From: Kudoa neothunni
Lineage: Eukaryota; Animalia; Cnidaria
Length of the DNA stretch: 64,000 nt
Reading direction: 5' to 3'
Assembly: GCA_964304625.1 (NCBI GenBank)
Contig: OZ199838.1
Coordinates: forward strand, 14,262,261 to 14,326,260
Shown: in pieces, positions 1 to 11,547 of the stretch
How positions within the stretch are numbered: position 1 is the first letter of the stretch
Layout of the letters: each line of letters opens with the position of its first letter
Notes under the pieces: model-generated
Told to the model about the DNA's origin: nothing
Databases searched by the model: none
The model's input: the letters and a program-made list of their open reading frames with translations, nothing else
Made by a program: the position numbers and the translations under genes

Positions 1-1338
1 TACCGTGAATCTAATAGTTTGTAAGTTGCATCAATTAAAAGTAGCTCTGGGGAAAAAGAAAAACCCTTCTTCATTTCTTCATTCAGTAATAATATTGCGT
101 TAACTTGATTGTTATCGCCAGCAAATATTCTCACATCATAAATATAATCAACGTTGAGCAATTGATAAATATAGTTGATATTTATTTTATTCGACAAATT
201 TATTTCGGAATTGTATCTTGACTTCAATGTAATTTTTTCTAGGTCTCTTGTTGGATTTAAGATTGCAACAAGTTTTTGTTGGCTCCCTAAGAAATTAACT
301 ATGATATTATATCATTATTCTTATCCAATTTGAGCTGTGGTGGTAAATAACTGAAAAAATTTCCATCTCTCTCGTGATTATGATCCAAATTGAAGGATTT
401 CATTTCAAGTGTTTGTCCATCGGGACTAACACTCAAGGATACATGAACCGGGCAGTTTCCTTTTAAAGTCTGACATTGTCTTATACCTTTTGATCGGTAT
501 CGATACTGATTGCTAAAATAGCATACATATTTTATTGAATAATAGATTAAATCCTCATTGAACGCTTTAATGAGAATTCGCTTGATAATGCTAATTTTTT
601 TGGAATCTCGCGTCATTAAGTTGCTTTAAGTCTTCTGTTCATATAATTGAATAGAATCTATAAGATGCCTAAATGGGGTAAACTTTTTGCCCACTTCAAA
701 ATATCGGTTCCTATGTTATCCTCCATCGCATTAGATTGCACAGGAGTTATCTGTGTAAAACCGAAATATTTCTTTTCAGCTAAGTAATTTACATAAATTC
801 ATAACAAAAACCATAATACATGCTATCCTTGAACTAATTATTCACATTTGACTTGATATTTAATGAATTATATTTGAAAAAATTAACCTTATAAGGTGTC
901 ATGCGTTGTTAGATACGACTTTATAAACATTAAACAGAATAAATTATTTAATATATAAACGACATTAAATATTGGGTTATATGTTTGTATTACTAATTAA
1001 TTTGGCGGACATCAGTGATTTTAAGCCACGAGGTCTTAATGACTTAACACTGCCAATCTTTCCATTATGATAATAACCAACCTTGAAAATTTAAAGTAAA
1101 TTCCATGTTCAAGCATTATAACTTCTATAGTTAACATTATCTAACTTTATATAGGCTTTAACGGTCCAATATTCATCGACAATGTCAATATTTACATGTG
1201 GAAAATTCAACGATGAATATTTAACAAGAAATTTAACAACCATTTAGGAAAAATTACGACTAAAAAGTTAATGAACAGTGGAGATTCAAATAATTTAAGA
1301 ATTCGGAGAAATTCATCAGCGTCTCAATAGCCAGTCCC
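1..1338 (-). mobile_element. MULE (Mutator-like, ZSWIM-type) DNA transposon, degenerate; runs off the window edge
   Basis: The minus strand gives broken transposase: FEVGKKF...RDSK, ORF 299-616 (CPVHVSL...HNHE), and FSPELLLIDATYKLLDSR at 1-65 with the first catalytic D motif. The terminus GGGACTGGCTATTGAGACGCTGATGAATTTCTCC at 1338 resembles the termini at 5450 and 11979. Confidence 0.7.
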
Positions 1339-2600
1339 TTTTTTTATTACTTGTATCAACAATATAAAAATAGTGTAAACCCTAAAAATACATATTTATT
1401 ATTTAGGTTTTGAATATAAAGTGAAATATTAAGACATATTTTACAATCTACTTCAATATTTTTTCGTGATTTAATGTTTCAAGCGTTTTAACCTAATATA
1501 ATTAATTTACTGAGATGTATTATCTATCAAAATGTTTGTAAAAATTAGTAACAACCGCAAACCGTTGGAATAATGAAACCCCTATCTAAATCCTTAATAA
1601 TCCTCACTTCAACACATAATCACCCTCGTTTTTTAAAAAATTTTCATCGACCCTCTATCTTTTAAAGGTCTAACTATCGTTAATCTATAGCGACAATCTT
1701 CTAAGATTTTTGTCGTTATTTCCATACACGTAATGTTTAGACGAAATATATTTTTTAATACTTCACTAGAATTAATATTTATAAAATAAATAATTGAGGT
1801 TACAAACATTTATAATTGCATGCAATAAAAATATTTTGTTTCATTTTCAAGTTAAAAAAAATTGAGAAAAACAATTTTCTTCTCCATATGTAGGTTTACG
1901 TGTTTTATAAGTATTCTAAAAATTATAACATCAACGGAAGCCGATTATTAGAGTTATGATAAAAAAGACGTATCTTGGGATCTCGGTAGACCCCACTTGG
2001 AACCGTAAGGGTTAATAATATATACTTGAGTGTAAAATTCATTAAATTTATAGGATTTTAAGTTGAAATATGTTTAACCCCGGCAGCCAAAATTTCAATT
2101 ATTATCGAGCTACTCTAAGGGTTTAATAGTTCTATAATTATTATAAACTGTTAGATATATACATAATGAAAATTCAGTTATTTTAGTTGAAGTATGCTAA
2201 GGAGAATGGGTTTATTAGGTTAGTGACTAAAAATCCTGTTCTTTTCCATTAAACTAAAATGTTTTATAAATTAAGTTTAATGTATTTACCTACCTATTCA
2301 ATAAACTATAAGATATGAATACATTGGCTATTCTATAAATATCTTGAATAGATTCATTTGTTCTTAATCCGCCTATATATCCATGAAGAATATAAATTTA
2401 TTTTTTGTACTACAACAAAGCCTTGGTCTTTAAAAAATAAATATTTTACTTTTGATTATTATTATTATTAAATGAATTTTTAGGTGTGATAAAGAGCTTG
2501 CATACTAACTCTTTAAGATTTTATCATCGTACATTGAAGATTTATTTTTATTGTGTTTAATTATTCCGAAAAAAGATTAATAGCGAAGAATTAATAAAAC

Positions 2601-4313
2601 ATGAGGTTATCGATTTTGTTTTTATTTTCAACAATTCTCACAACGAGTAATATATTGCTTATTAACATTATTTAATTCCATTATGCATATTAAGTATGTT
2701 GTCACAAGTATTTCATCCGACAAATGGTACGTCCAATAGTAGTAGTTGAAGAAGTAATAACAAGATCAGAAAGTGATTCTCATTCAAAAATTTTAACACC
2801 AAATAGTCAGTTGGTTTTGATGAGATCCGAAGATGATGTTAATCTAAGTACTGGTGGTGCCGTTGCTGGTGAGGCCGGTGATGGAATTAGCCAACCCGAA
2901 ACTGAAACTGGCGCTGTTGGTGAAGCTGAACCTGGTGTTGTTAATGGAGCCGAAACTGACGCTGATGGAGATGATGATGATGAGAGTAGTAGTGACTCTT
3001 CGGCTGATCCTACTTTAGCAACTGAGAATACAGAATCTACAACCACTGCCGCCCCTATTGAAACCACAATAAACCCTGAAGATATACCTATAGTTGATCA
3101 AGAAATTTCCAAATACATGGATGAAATCACAATTCATTTAAAGGGAGATGAAAAAGAGGATTGCAAAATAGAACATTTGTTTAGAAATGGAGTAAAAGCA
3201 AAATTTAATGAGACTATGTGCCAGATAGCTGATGTGGCCACTGAAGTTGTATGCGAAGCCAAATGTAATCAGAAAGTTGTGATTAAAGTCAATAGTGGAA
3301 GATTGGTACATTATTTCAGAATTACTGAAGGTACAAACCTCAATATATTAGCAGTTCCAGCCGGTAAATAAGAATGGTTAGTTGTTAAGCTTATTCTTTA
3401 ACAGATATGCCCAGACGCCCTGAAACTAATGTAACTCTAAGTGAAGAAGAAGCCCGTTTCGGAGTTAATAATTTCTGCACGGACAATTACAGATGCCGAG
3501 TTAAAAGCACCCAGGGTGATAAAACTTTAGCTAAAGTAGAAAATAACAGCTGTGATCTGTACAATATGACTATACCGATTCGTTACTCAACATCAAGTGC
3601 CTATTACTCCTACTGTGGAGCTAACCAAGCTAAAGTCATGTTTTATGCCAACAAGTCCTTTTACAATAAAGATAACAAATACAAATATGTTCCCTTCACT
3701 GTTACTCAATCAGCAAATCGACATAATAATTTCCCACTAGAAGTGAAAAATCCCTATATGAACAATGAAATCTGCAATTTCCAAATAAAAGGAAGTTCCA
3801 ATGCCTACGTAGATAAATGTAGCCAAGCTGGAAGTAGTGAGGGTGACAAATGCTATAAATATTGTGGCGGAGCTACCACTTTAGAAACGACAAGTGAATC
3901 TCAGGAACTCGAAAGCTATACAGTCAAAATCTCCACTAAATATGGAAATCAAGAATACAAAATTAAAGGTATATGCCGAATGAATTTATAAAATTTATCG
4001 TTATATAGCAAAAAAAAATACAGTGGAGGTATCCGATATCACAGCAACTTCAGCTGCTTATCAAGTTTCTAGCCCTGAAGGGTCTCTCAGTTGTTTCCCA
4101 TCCTTGGTACACGCGAAACTTCCTGGTATACCAATGACTGCAATATGCGGGGATGACAGAAATGTAATTTGCCCTACAACGTGCACCACAAATACACCAT
4201 TAAAACTTTTAACCCCCAACACAGCATATATACTTGAGATGATAATTGGCACTGCGAAAGATAATGAAGGCAAATACGTTGTTAACACATTTTTCGCCAC
4301 AGGTATTCATATA

Positions 4314-4344
<31 letters not shown>

Positions 4345-5271
4345 TTATTTATTTAATATGATTAGAAAAAATAAAATTCGATAACACAAAGGCATCGTTT
4401 TTCAATGACACAATGATTTTGACTCCAGGAGTAGAGAGTAATTATGAGCCATATCTCCCAAAAATGAAATGTTACGTGAGATACTCTCGATTTCAAAGAC
4501 CAAGAAAGATAGTAGCAATCTGTTCTGATGGAAAACCATGTTGGGGTTTATGCTCCCAAAGATTTGAAGTGGTGAATTTGCCAGTAAACGTCACATTAAA
4601 TATTGAGTTGGTTCACGCTGGTCATATTGATTATCCAGTTTATCAAGTGTCGCAATTATTAAGTGAATAAATATTAATGTGGTAACATTAAACTACGACC
4701 TTTTAGGATCAAATAATAATAAAGCTAAATCAGAAATAACTTTCAATTATGACGAAAAGAAATTAACAATCATACCAGACGAAAATCAACCAGGGAATTT
4801 ATGTAATGTGGTTATTTACGCAGTCAATCCTAAAGATTCCAATGATAAATTCTTATTTGAGAAAATAGGAAAACCAACTGATCAAGATATTGATTGTGCA
4901 AGCTCCGTTGTATTTGACAATATAGATATAAATTACAGTTATCAGTTATTGTCTGGTGATGGACAGTCTGCAGAACTTATTGAAGAAATTGAAGTTGGAA
5001 GTAAATTATCATGTTATTTTTTTATTGTTATATAATTTTGTATAGAACAAGGATCTGGGTAACAATAATAATTATATTAATTTTGAATTTTTACTATTTA
5101 TTTTTTATTTATATAGTGGTTGGATGAAGAAGAACTGGTGGATGTAATTTTCATATGAAAATACATTACAAAATTTCATAATTCTTTTTATTTAGTATCT
5201 TCGCAGTATTAGGTGCTTTGGGTGTGGTTATTGGTGCAGTGGCCTATGTGGCGAATAAATCTAGTGATTGA
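2601..5271 (+). CDS. Orphan type I membrane surface protein, copy A (9 exons, 759 aa): signal peptide, acidic/Thr-rich region, repeated Cys-containing FN3-like modules, C-terminal TM helix and 5-aa tail
   Basis: Exons spliced by hand, all GT-AG and in frame: 2601-2646, 2695-3363, 3405-3968, 4009-4302, 4366-4662, 4707-5000, 5046-5058, 5117-5143, 5196-5271. The N-terminus reads MRLSILFLFSTILTTICC; the C-terminus reads WWIIFAVLGALGVVIGAVAYVANKSSD*. Exon 4 has FN3-like VSDITATSA and LTPNTAY. Confidence 0.85.
4321..4342. repeat. (TA)n microsatellite in intron 4 of the surface protein gene
   Basis: TA run; one unit shorter in copy B (~15462-15485), as the offset changes from 11141 to 11139. Confidence 0.9.
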
Positions 5272-7390
5272 ACCTCCCTCTTCTTTCTACTAGGAAAAGC
5301 ATAAGTTTACTTTTTATGAAATCATAGATATTATTAACCTTTTTACAAAAATATTTATTTTGTCGATAAATGGTGTCTACCAATTTTCGGAAAATTAGAA
5401 TTAAATTATGACAGTGACTATTACAACGCTAGCGTATAATCCCTCGTCAGGGCTGTCTATTGCCGCGACAGCGAATTTCTTTGAATCCTAAGAATGCTTA
5501 GAGTTATGATTTCCTTTAATACTTAAACATATTTTTATCTATTAAATTTTAAATTTTCGCGTTAAAATTTACTGTATAGATTTATGATAAAAATCAGTGA
5601 CTTAAAAATCTAAAATATCAGTTTATTTATATACACAAAGTGACCGTTGAACTAATTTTTGATTTTATATTATCACAATCGAGTATTTCTAGACTGCTTT
5701 AAGCCCTAATTCGATGATCCATCCTCAAATCGACCTAACTAAATCAAATCTATTATAAGTACACAATCTGTATGTGAAAATATATAAAGGTTTTTTTGTT
5801 CGTTAAATGATATTTTACCTGATCTTTTAGGGTATATAAAATGGATAACTCTGAAAAAGAGTATTAAAGTGTTATTTAAATATACTTACAAAATTTGTAA
5901 TACCTATAATTTTGAATTATGTTCATATTTAATACTAATAATTATAAATAATAAATAATTTTTCCTCATTAATGTGAATTTTGTAAGATATTTCGAATAC
6001 GCGAGAATAAGAGATAATATAAGGCAATGTTGAACGTATCTTTTAAGTAAAGAGAAGATTTATCTAGTTTCATCAGCTAAAATATTCTTTAGTTATACGA
6101 AAGAAAAATCATTATGTTACTTAATAGATAGAGATTTAAAGGATTAATTATGTCAAACGTGTTCTCTTCCAAAAAATTTAATGGGGAATTAAAATACTGT
6201 TATACTTAGTACATTTTTTATTTTGGCAATCATTGTTGTAACAGACCGAAGTGTGTAAGAGAGGCTTAAACTTTGTTAGACACCTGCCAGACTCATATTA
6301 AGGTAGGAGTCAGCTCCGATGGAAAAAAAATAAAGTAAAATTTTTACACCTAACACATAACCACAGCAGAAGTCAGGTTTTCTTCATGTGTACTGACACA
6401 ACGTAAATTAGACCGAAATAGTAAATTAATATCAAAATTAATTTCTATTTTTGTCAATGAAAAAATGCTGCAGTCTAAAATACAGTAAGAAACGGATGTA
6501 ATAATTACACTCAATTCCATATATTATTTGAAAAAAGCATTTTTCTAACGTAATAAAATCAACTATTTCTATAAGATTTTAACTCTGGATCATAAGGGTG
6601 ATGTTAGAATTCTCACTGAGTATGCGAATCGGCTTCGTGCAATAATATTTATAGAAGATGAGACGAAGAAGGTTTTATCCTTTTATCTAAAACTACTTTG
6701 TGTAGATGCAACCTAAAAATTACTTGGATCACGATAAAAACTCATTATTCATAATTCATTCATTTTTAAACTCTCAATTACATTAAACTCTCTTCAATGT
6801 TCCCCAATACCTAACAGTTAACGATTTTCCCTGGAACGAGTCATATAAGTAACGCACGTATTATTAATAAAAAAAGTTATTTTAAACTATTATATTCATG
6901 AATTAATGTCTATTCTGTCATTGATGAAGGAGAAGGTATTTTCTGTAATCACCAGCAAGGATTTAAAACTCTCGAAAATCTTGGAAAACAATTATCTGAA
7001 CGTTAAATTAATTTATGTAAATTTAACGTTTTTCAGGTTTTTGAGTGGTAGATATTGCTTTAAATATCCAATATCACGCGTGAATTAAAAGATTCAATGC
7101 TAGAAATTCTTCAAAAAATAATCTTCGTTAGAAATTAAGCTGATTATCAGAAAATGTACACTGAGCTTAACAGCTAAACGTTGAGGATCTTAATTTGTAG
7201 TTGAAAAAGAATTGGTATCTAATTAGATCACAGTGAATTAATTTATGAGACAATATAAAATCAACCAAATCGATTGGAATTCTGAAGTTTTAGTTTTAAT
7301 GTGTCTTCCTACATTTTTTTCAGATTTTACACTTCCTATACGCCTAAAGCAGTATGAAGGTTAAGGGATTTTAGAATGACTGCAATCGGG

Positions 7391-7486
7391 TGTAATATGT
7401 ATTTTGCGCTAATAAAAACCCCTTTTATCAAAGCACAAATAATCCGATCATCAACCGGCTGCTGCCGGTTAAGTTGGTACGCTACA
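7391..7486 (-). repeat. 3' LTR (96 bp)
   Basis: Identical to 11452-11547; preceded on the minus strand by the polypurine tract GGAGGGGAGGAA (7487-7498). Confidence 0.95.
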
Positions 7487-10400
7487 TTCCTCCCCTCCAT
7501 AAATTTGAAAACCATCATATTTTGACGGTAATAATATTGCTCTACCACTTGAGGTTATTGTAGTTGGATTCTTTATTGGATGGTTTGAATAGCCGGAGGA
7601 TTTAGGAGGTGGCATAATCTTATTAAATGGTTTCGAGGTTCTAATAGTATCATTGAAGTGTACGTTTAGCAATTTATCATCAGAATCTTGAACAGTGTAT
7701 ACCAATCCATTTCTTTTGATAATTCTGTAAGGTCCTTCATATTTCGGTGATAATGATGTTACTTTTCTTTTTTTGATTAAAACATAATCTCCAATCGGGT
7801 GTGACTTTAGGCGGCAGTTCCGATTGTAATATTTGCACTGTCTCAGTTGTGATTGCTTAATGTTTGATAAGGCTGATTTTGATAATACTCTTAATCTTTT
7901 CTCTAACTCTTTAGCATAAGTATGAATATCGGAATTCGATGTTTTCTCTGAAACAAAAACATTTTGGCTTGGGGTTCGTAACTCTCTACCGTAAATTAAT
8001 GAAGCTGGCGTGTAACCAGTAGTCGATGAGATAGTTGTTCTGATGGCAAAAAGAGCATAATCAAGGATTTCATCCCAGTCTCTCGTGCCTTGTTCATAAA
8101 GAATAGATTTGAGTTTTGTTTTCAAATTGCGAACTTGTCTTTCTGCCAATCCATTCCCTTCAGGATGATAAGCTGTTGAATGGCTGTGGTTTATTTGTAG
8201 TGATTTGCACACATCATTAAATAAGCGAGATTCAAATTGACTACCTTGATCAGTATGGATGCGTTTAGGAACTCCATGGCGCGATACAATTAGGCTCACT
8301 AAAGCATCCGCCGTTGATTTGGCGTCGATAACTTGAAGTGGGCAAGCTTCAACCCATTTACTGAATTGATCAACAAATAGAAGAATATATCTATTTCCCA
8401 ACTTAGTTCGCTCCAGAGGACCAATGAAGTCGGCATGCCACATGAAAGCTTGGGATGTAACAGGTATCGGCATTAAGGGCGCTTTAGGCTTAGAGTTTTC
8501 CCCTTTGATTTTGTAGCAAGTTTCACATTTAGACACAAAGTTAGCAACATCAACGTCCATATTGGTCCAATAACAAGTTTTTCGAATTTTGTTAAGTGTT
8601 TTATTCACACCGCAATGTGCCGTTTCCTGGTGGATACAGTTGATCATATGAGTTTGAAGTTTCTTAGGGACTATTGGAAGGTTACCGTTTCTAGATTGAT
8701 GATAAAGGATTCCATTTTCAATATTGAGATTTCGTTTTCTTTGCCAGAGTTGCCACGCAGATTTGCTTTTCAATTTCCTGACGTTTCCACTTTCTATAGC
8801 TTCTTTAACTTGGACAATCATGGGATCGGTTTTTTGTTCAGACATCAATGTACTAATATCAATATTGGGTGTTATCATAGCAATACTTCGAGAGAGAGCA
8901 TCGGCGCATTGGTTGTTTTTCCCTTGAATATATTTAATTTCAAAATCGAACTCCTCCAATTCCAAAATCCATCGAGCTCTGCGACCACGCGGATCTTTAG
9001 AATTTTTTAGATATACAAGTGGGTTGTGGTCTGTATAGATAATAAAACGGCAACCGAGTAAATAAGGTCTGAACTTTCTTATTGCATGGATGATCGCCAA
9101 TGCTTCCTTGTCTATAGTTGAATACTTTTGTTCGGTTTTGTTTAATTTGTGACTAGTATAAGCAACAATGCATCTTTTTGTTTCTTGAAACAGGACGGCC
9201 CCTGTGGCCACGTTGGAAGCATCAGTTTCAATTGAGAAGGTTTTTGAAAGGTCTGGAAAACACAGTTCAGGAGATTGTTTAACTAGCTCTTTGATCTTCA
9301 AGAAGTGGTTTTGGCATTGATCATTCCAACAGAAAGGATGCGATCGTTCTAGCAATTGTGTCAGAGGAGCGGAAACGTCAGCCAAATTTTCAAGATGTTT
9401 ATGTAAAAAGTTTACTGTGCCCAAAAAACTTCTGAGATCGTCCCTGTTAGATGGAGTTTTCCACTTCAAGATAGAGTCGATTTTCTCTGGATCGCATTTG
9501 ATGCCATTTTTCGAAATAATAAAGCCAAGATACTTAAGTTCATTTTGGTAAAACTTACTCTTCGAAAGATTAACACGAAGATTCTCTCGAAGCAATATCC
9601 TCAGGACTGTTTTAACATGCTTGGTATGATCGGTTACATTTCGAGAGAAAATTATTATATCATCTAGATACGCCATGGCATTAGGAACATTTTTCAGTAT
9701 AGCATCCATTCCTCGTTGGAATGTTGCCGGAGCATTCGACAAGCCAAATGGCATCTTGATAAATTCAAAAAGACCAAGACCATTCCCAGGAGAAAACGCG
9801 GTTTTGGGAATATCTTCTTCCGCGACGGGTATCTGCCAATATCCACACTGAAGGTCAAGTGTGGTGAAGATAGTTGATCCAGAGAGCACGTCTAATGTAT
9901 CTTCCAGTCTGGGGAGTGGATATTCATCTCGCTGAGTAATATTGTTGAGTTTGCGATAATCCACGCACATCCTAGTCTTACCATCTTTTTTTGGAACCAA
10001 AACTACAGAAGAGCACCAGGGACTACTTGATGGGCGGATTATATTATTGCGGAGGGCATCCTCTACCTGCTTGGTGATTTCATCTTTATAATGTAAAGGC
10101 AGTCTGTATGGCTTGGTTACGACTGGTTTTGAATAGCCAGTATCGATGGTATGGTAAATGGATTTTGCAGTAAGTAGATCATTGACACTTGTTGCGAATA
10201 CAGTTTTGAATTCATCTAATACATCATTTGCCAACTTATTCAGACTGGTATTAGCATTGTTATCCGAAAAATTCACATTAGCAGTTATTGCATCGGTAGC
10301 ACCATCATGGAATACATTTGCACCAGTAGACTTAAGAAAATCTCGACCAATAATAGCATCATAAACCAGGGTTGGGGTAACAAGGGCATCAAAGGGCGAA

Positions 10401-10723
10401 AATTTATTATCCCATTGTACATTTACGGGTACTAAAGATATGACTTTTATAGGAGACCCAGAGGCCGTATACAAGTTCAAATGTGTTGGTTGATAGGGGC
10501 AATTTTTTGGTATAATTGAAGACTTTATAATTGTATACGCAGAACCGGTGTCAATGATGGCTTTGAAAGTTTTAGAAGAATAAGGAAATGAAATTAAAGT
10601 AGTCCAAGGTTGCGTTGGAACATCCGGGCTCTGTGTTGTAAGGCAAGTAAGATCTAGTGTTGTCGGGGGAACCGTTTTTGACCTCCAGTTCCCCCTCTTA
10701 AGTTTCCCAAATAGCTTCGGCAT
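7469..10723 (-). CDS. pol: Gypsy Pol polyprotein (protease, RT, RNase H, integrase)
   Basis: 1084-aa ORF with AIIDTGS protease, YLDD RT, ETDASN RNase H, HHCC zinc finger, DDE integrase (WHADF, TDQG, LAER) and GPY/F motif (YEGPY). Probably expressed by -1 frameshift from gag. Confidence 0.97.
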   Translation of the reverse strand: MPKLFGKLKRGNWRSKTVPPTTLDLTCLTTQSPDVPTQPWTTLISFPYSSKTFKAIIDTGSAYTIIKSSIIPKNCPYQPTHLNLYTASGSPIKVISLVPVNVQWDNKFSPFDALVTPTLVYDAIIGRDFLKSTGANVFHDGATDAITANVNFSDNNANTSLNKLANDVLDEFKTVFATSVNDLLTAKSIYHTIDTGYSKPVVTKPYRLPLHYKDEITKQVEDALRNNIIRPSSSPWCSSVVLVPKKDGKTRMCVDYRKLNNITQRDEYPLPRLEDTLDVLSGSTIFTTLDLQCGYWQIPVAEEDIPKTAFSPGNGLGLFEFIKMPFGLSNAPATFQRGMDAILKNVPNAMAYLDDIIIFSRNVTDHTKHVKTVLRILLRENLRVNLSKSKFYQNELKYLGFIISKNGIKCDPEKIDSILKWKTPSNRDDLRSFLGTVNFLHKHLENLADVSAPLTQLLERSHPFCWNDQCQNHFLKIKELVKQSPELCFPDLSKTFSIETDASNVATGAVLFQETKRCIVAYTSHKLNKTEQKYSTIDKEALAIIHAIRKFRPYLLGCRFIIYTDHNPLVYLKNSKDPRGRRARWILELEEFDFEIKYIQGKNNQCADALSRSIAMITPNIDISTLMSEQKTDPMIVQVKEAIESGNVRKLKSKSAWQLWQRKRNLNIENGILYHQSRNGNLPIVPKKLQTHMINCIHQETAHCGVNKTLNKIRKTCYWTNMDVDVANFVSKCETCYKIKGENSKPKAPLMPIPVTSQAFMWHADFIGPLERTKLGNRYILLFVDQFSKWVEACPLQVIDAKSTADALVSLIVSRHGVPKRIHTDQGSQFESRLFNDVCKSLQINHSHSTAYHPEGNGLAERQVRNLKTKLKSILYEQGTRDWDEILDYALFAIRTTISSTTGYTPASLIYGRELRTPSQNVFVSEKTSNSDIHTYAKELEKRLRVLSKSALSNIKQSQLRQCKYYNRNCRLKSHPIGDYVLIKKRKVTSLSPKYEGPYRIIKRNGLVYTVQDSDDKLLNVHFNDTIRTSKPFNKIMPPPKSSGYSNHPIKNPTTITSSGRAILLPSKYDGFQIYGGEECSVPT

Positions 10724-11430
10724 ATTCTTCTAAGGTGACCCTGTTTTCCACAGTATGAACAGATTGCGTCGCGTCTACAAACCGATGTTTTGTGATTGAA
10801 GCTTCCACATTGTGAACATTCGTTCGTTTGAGTTCTATGGGCTTTGTTATCATTCTTATATCCATATTTTTGATGAATTGCAGAGACATTAGAAGTTTCG
10901 GGTTCATTTCCAATACAGCAGACGTCATTTCTCTTTTCTAACTTGGAGTACAACTCCACTTTTTCGATGATCTCTTCGAGACTCAACTTATTTTCAGCCT
11001 TCAAAACAAGTTTCAATGTATCATTTGGAACACATTCGATGACTTTCGGTCTCAAAAGAAAGTTTATATCATCTTGACTCATGTTTGGTCTCGCTATTCT
11101 CATATATTCAAGAAGACGTTTGACATATGAGTCGATGTTTTCGCCTGGTCTTATGGAGCTACAAAGCAATTTATTCCACGAATCCAGAGGGCATTGCTTG
11201 TTTTGAGCATAGGCAAACAATGTTTCTACGGAGTGCATTGAATTTACCCAATTCTGATACTCCTATCTCATTCGGAAAGCAGAGAGATTCGATCCTCAGC
11301 AGGTATGGCTAGGGCAGCAAAAGCATAGAGCTGATCTTCATTCCATTGGTTAGCAACCGCCATTAGCTCGAGGGTTTTCAGCTGATCGCATATTGGTTTT
11401 GCAAAGTCAAATTCAAATGTAAAACTTCAT
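10654..11430 (-). CDS. gag: Gypsy Gag (5' part frameshifted in this assembly)
   Basis: ORF 10654-11238 has two CCHC knuckles (CSQCGSFNHKTSVC, CSYCGKQGHLRRIC). Gag-like LELMAVANQWNEDQ lies upstream in another frame. Confidence 0.8.
10665..10708 (-). promoter_or_regulatory. -1 ribosomal frameshift signal (gag-pol)
   Basis: Slippery heptamer G GGA AAC in the gag frame (10702-10708), 6-nt spacer, then a 10-bp stem GGGGGAACTG/CGGTTCCCCC. The -1 frame is the pol ORF. Confidence 0.8.
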
Positions 11431-11436
11431 GTTAAA

Positions 11437-11450
11437 CACGTTCGGCGCCA
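11437..11450 (-). promoter_or_regulatory. Primer binding site, tRNA-Lys-like
   Basis: TGGCGCCGAACGTG lies 1 nt after the 5' LTR; it is close to the tRNA-Lys1,2 PBS TGGCGCCCAACGTG. Confidence 0.75.
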
Positions 11451-11451
11451 A

Positions 11452-11547
11452 TGTAATATGTATTTTGCGCTAATAAAAACCCCTTTTATCAAAGCACAAA
11501 TAATCCGATCATCAACCGGCTGCTGCCGGTTAAGTTGGTACGCTACA
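11452..11547 (-). repeat. 5' LTR (96 bp)
   Basis: Identical to 7391-7486 and followed by the PBS. Confidence 0.95.

Larger units (their letters stand above)
2040..5408 (+). repeat. Tandem segmental duplication, copy A (pairs with ~13175-16548; the 3' flank resumes at 11980-12758, which pairs with 16541-17199)
   Basis: Near identity from 2231/13369 (offset 11138) to ~5295/16434, apart from one patch. Visibly diverged homology continues on both sides. Confidence 0.9.
7391..11547 (-). mobile_element. Full-length Ty3/Gypsy LTR retrotransposon, 4157 bp
   Basis: Identical 96-bp TG...CA LTRs (7391-7486, 11452-11547); TSD TCGGG at 7386-7390 and 11548-11552; PBS and PPT present; gag and pol with PR-RT-RH-IN domain order. 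Confidence 0.97.

Noticed and set aside
2807-3067. Ser/Pro-rich minus-strand ORF (and its twin at 13945-14205); also 4061-4300 and 15196-15441
   Set aside because: These are antisense shadows of the surface-protein exons.
8615-11312. Plus-strand ORFs inside the Gypsy element
   Set aside because: They are antisense to gag/pol and have no motifs.
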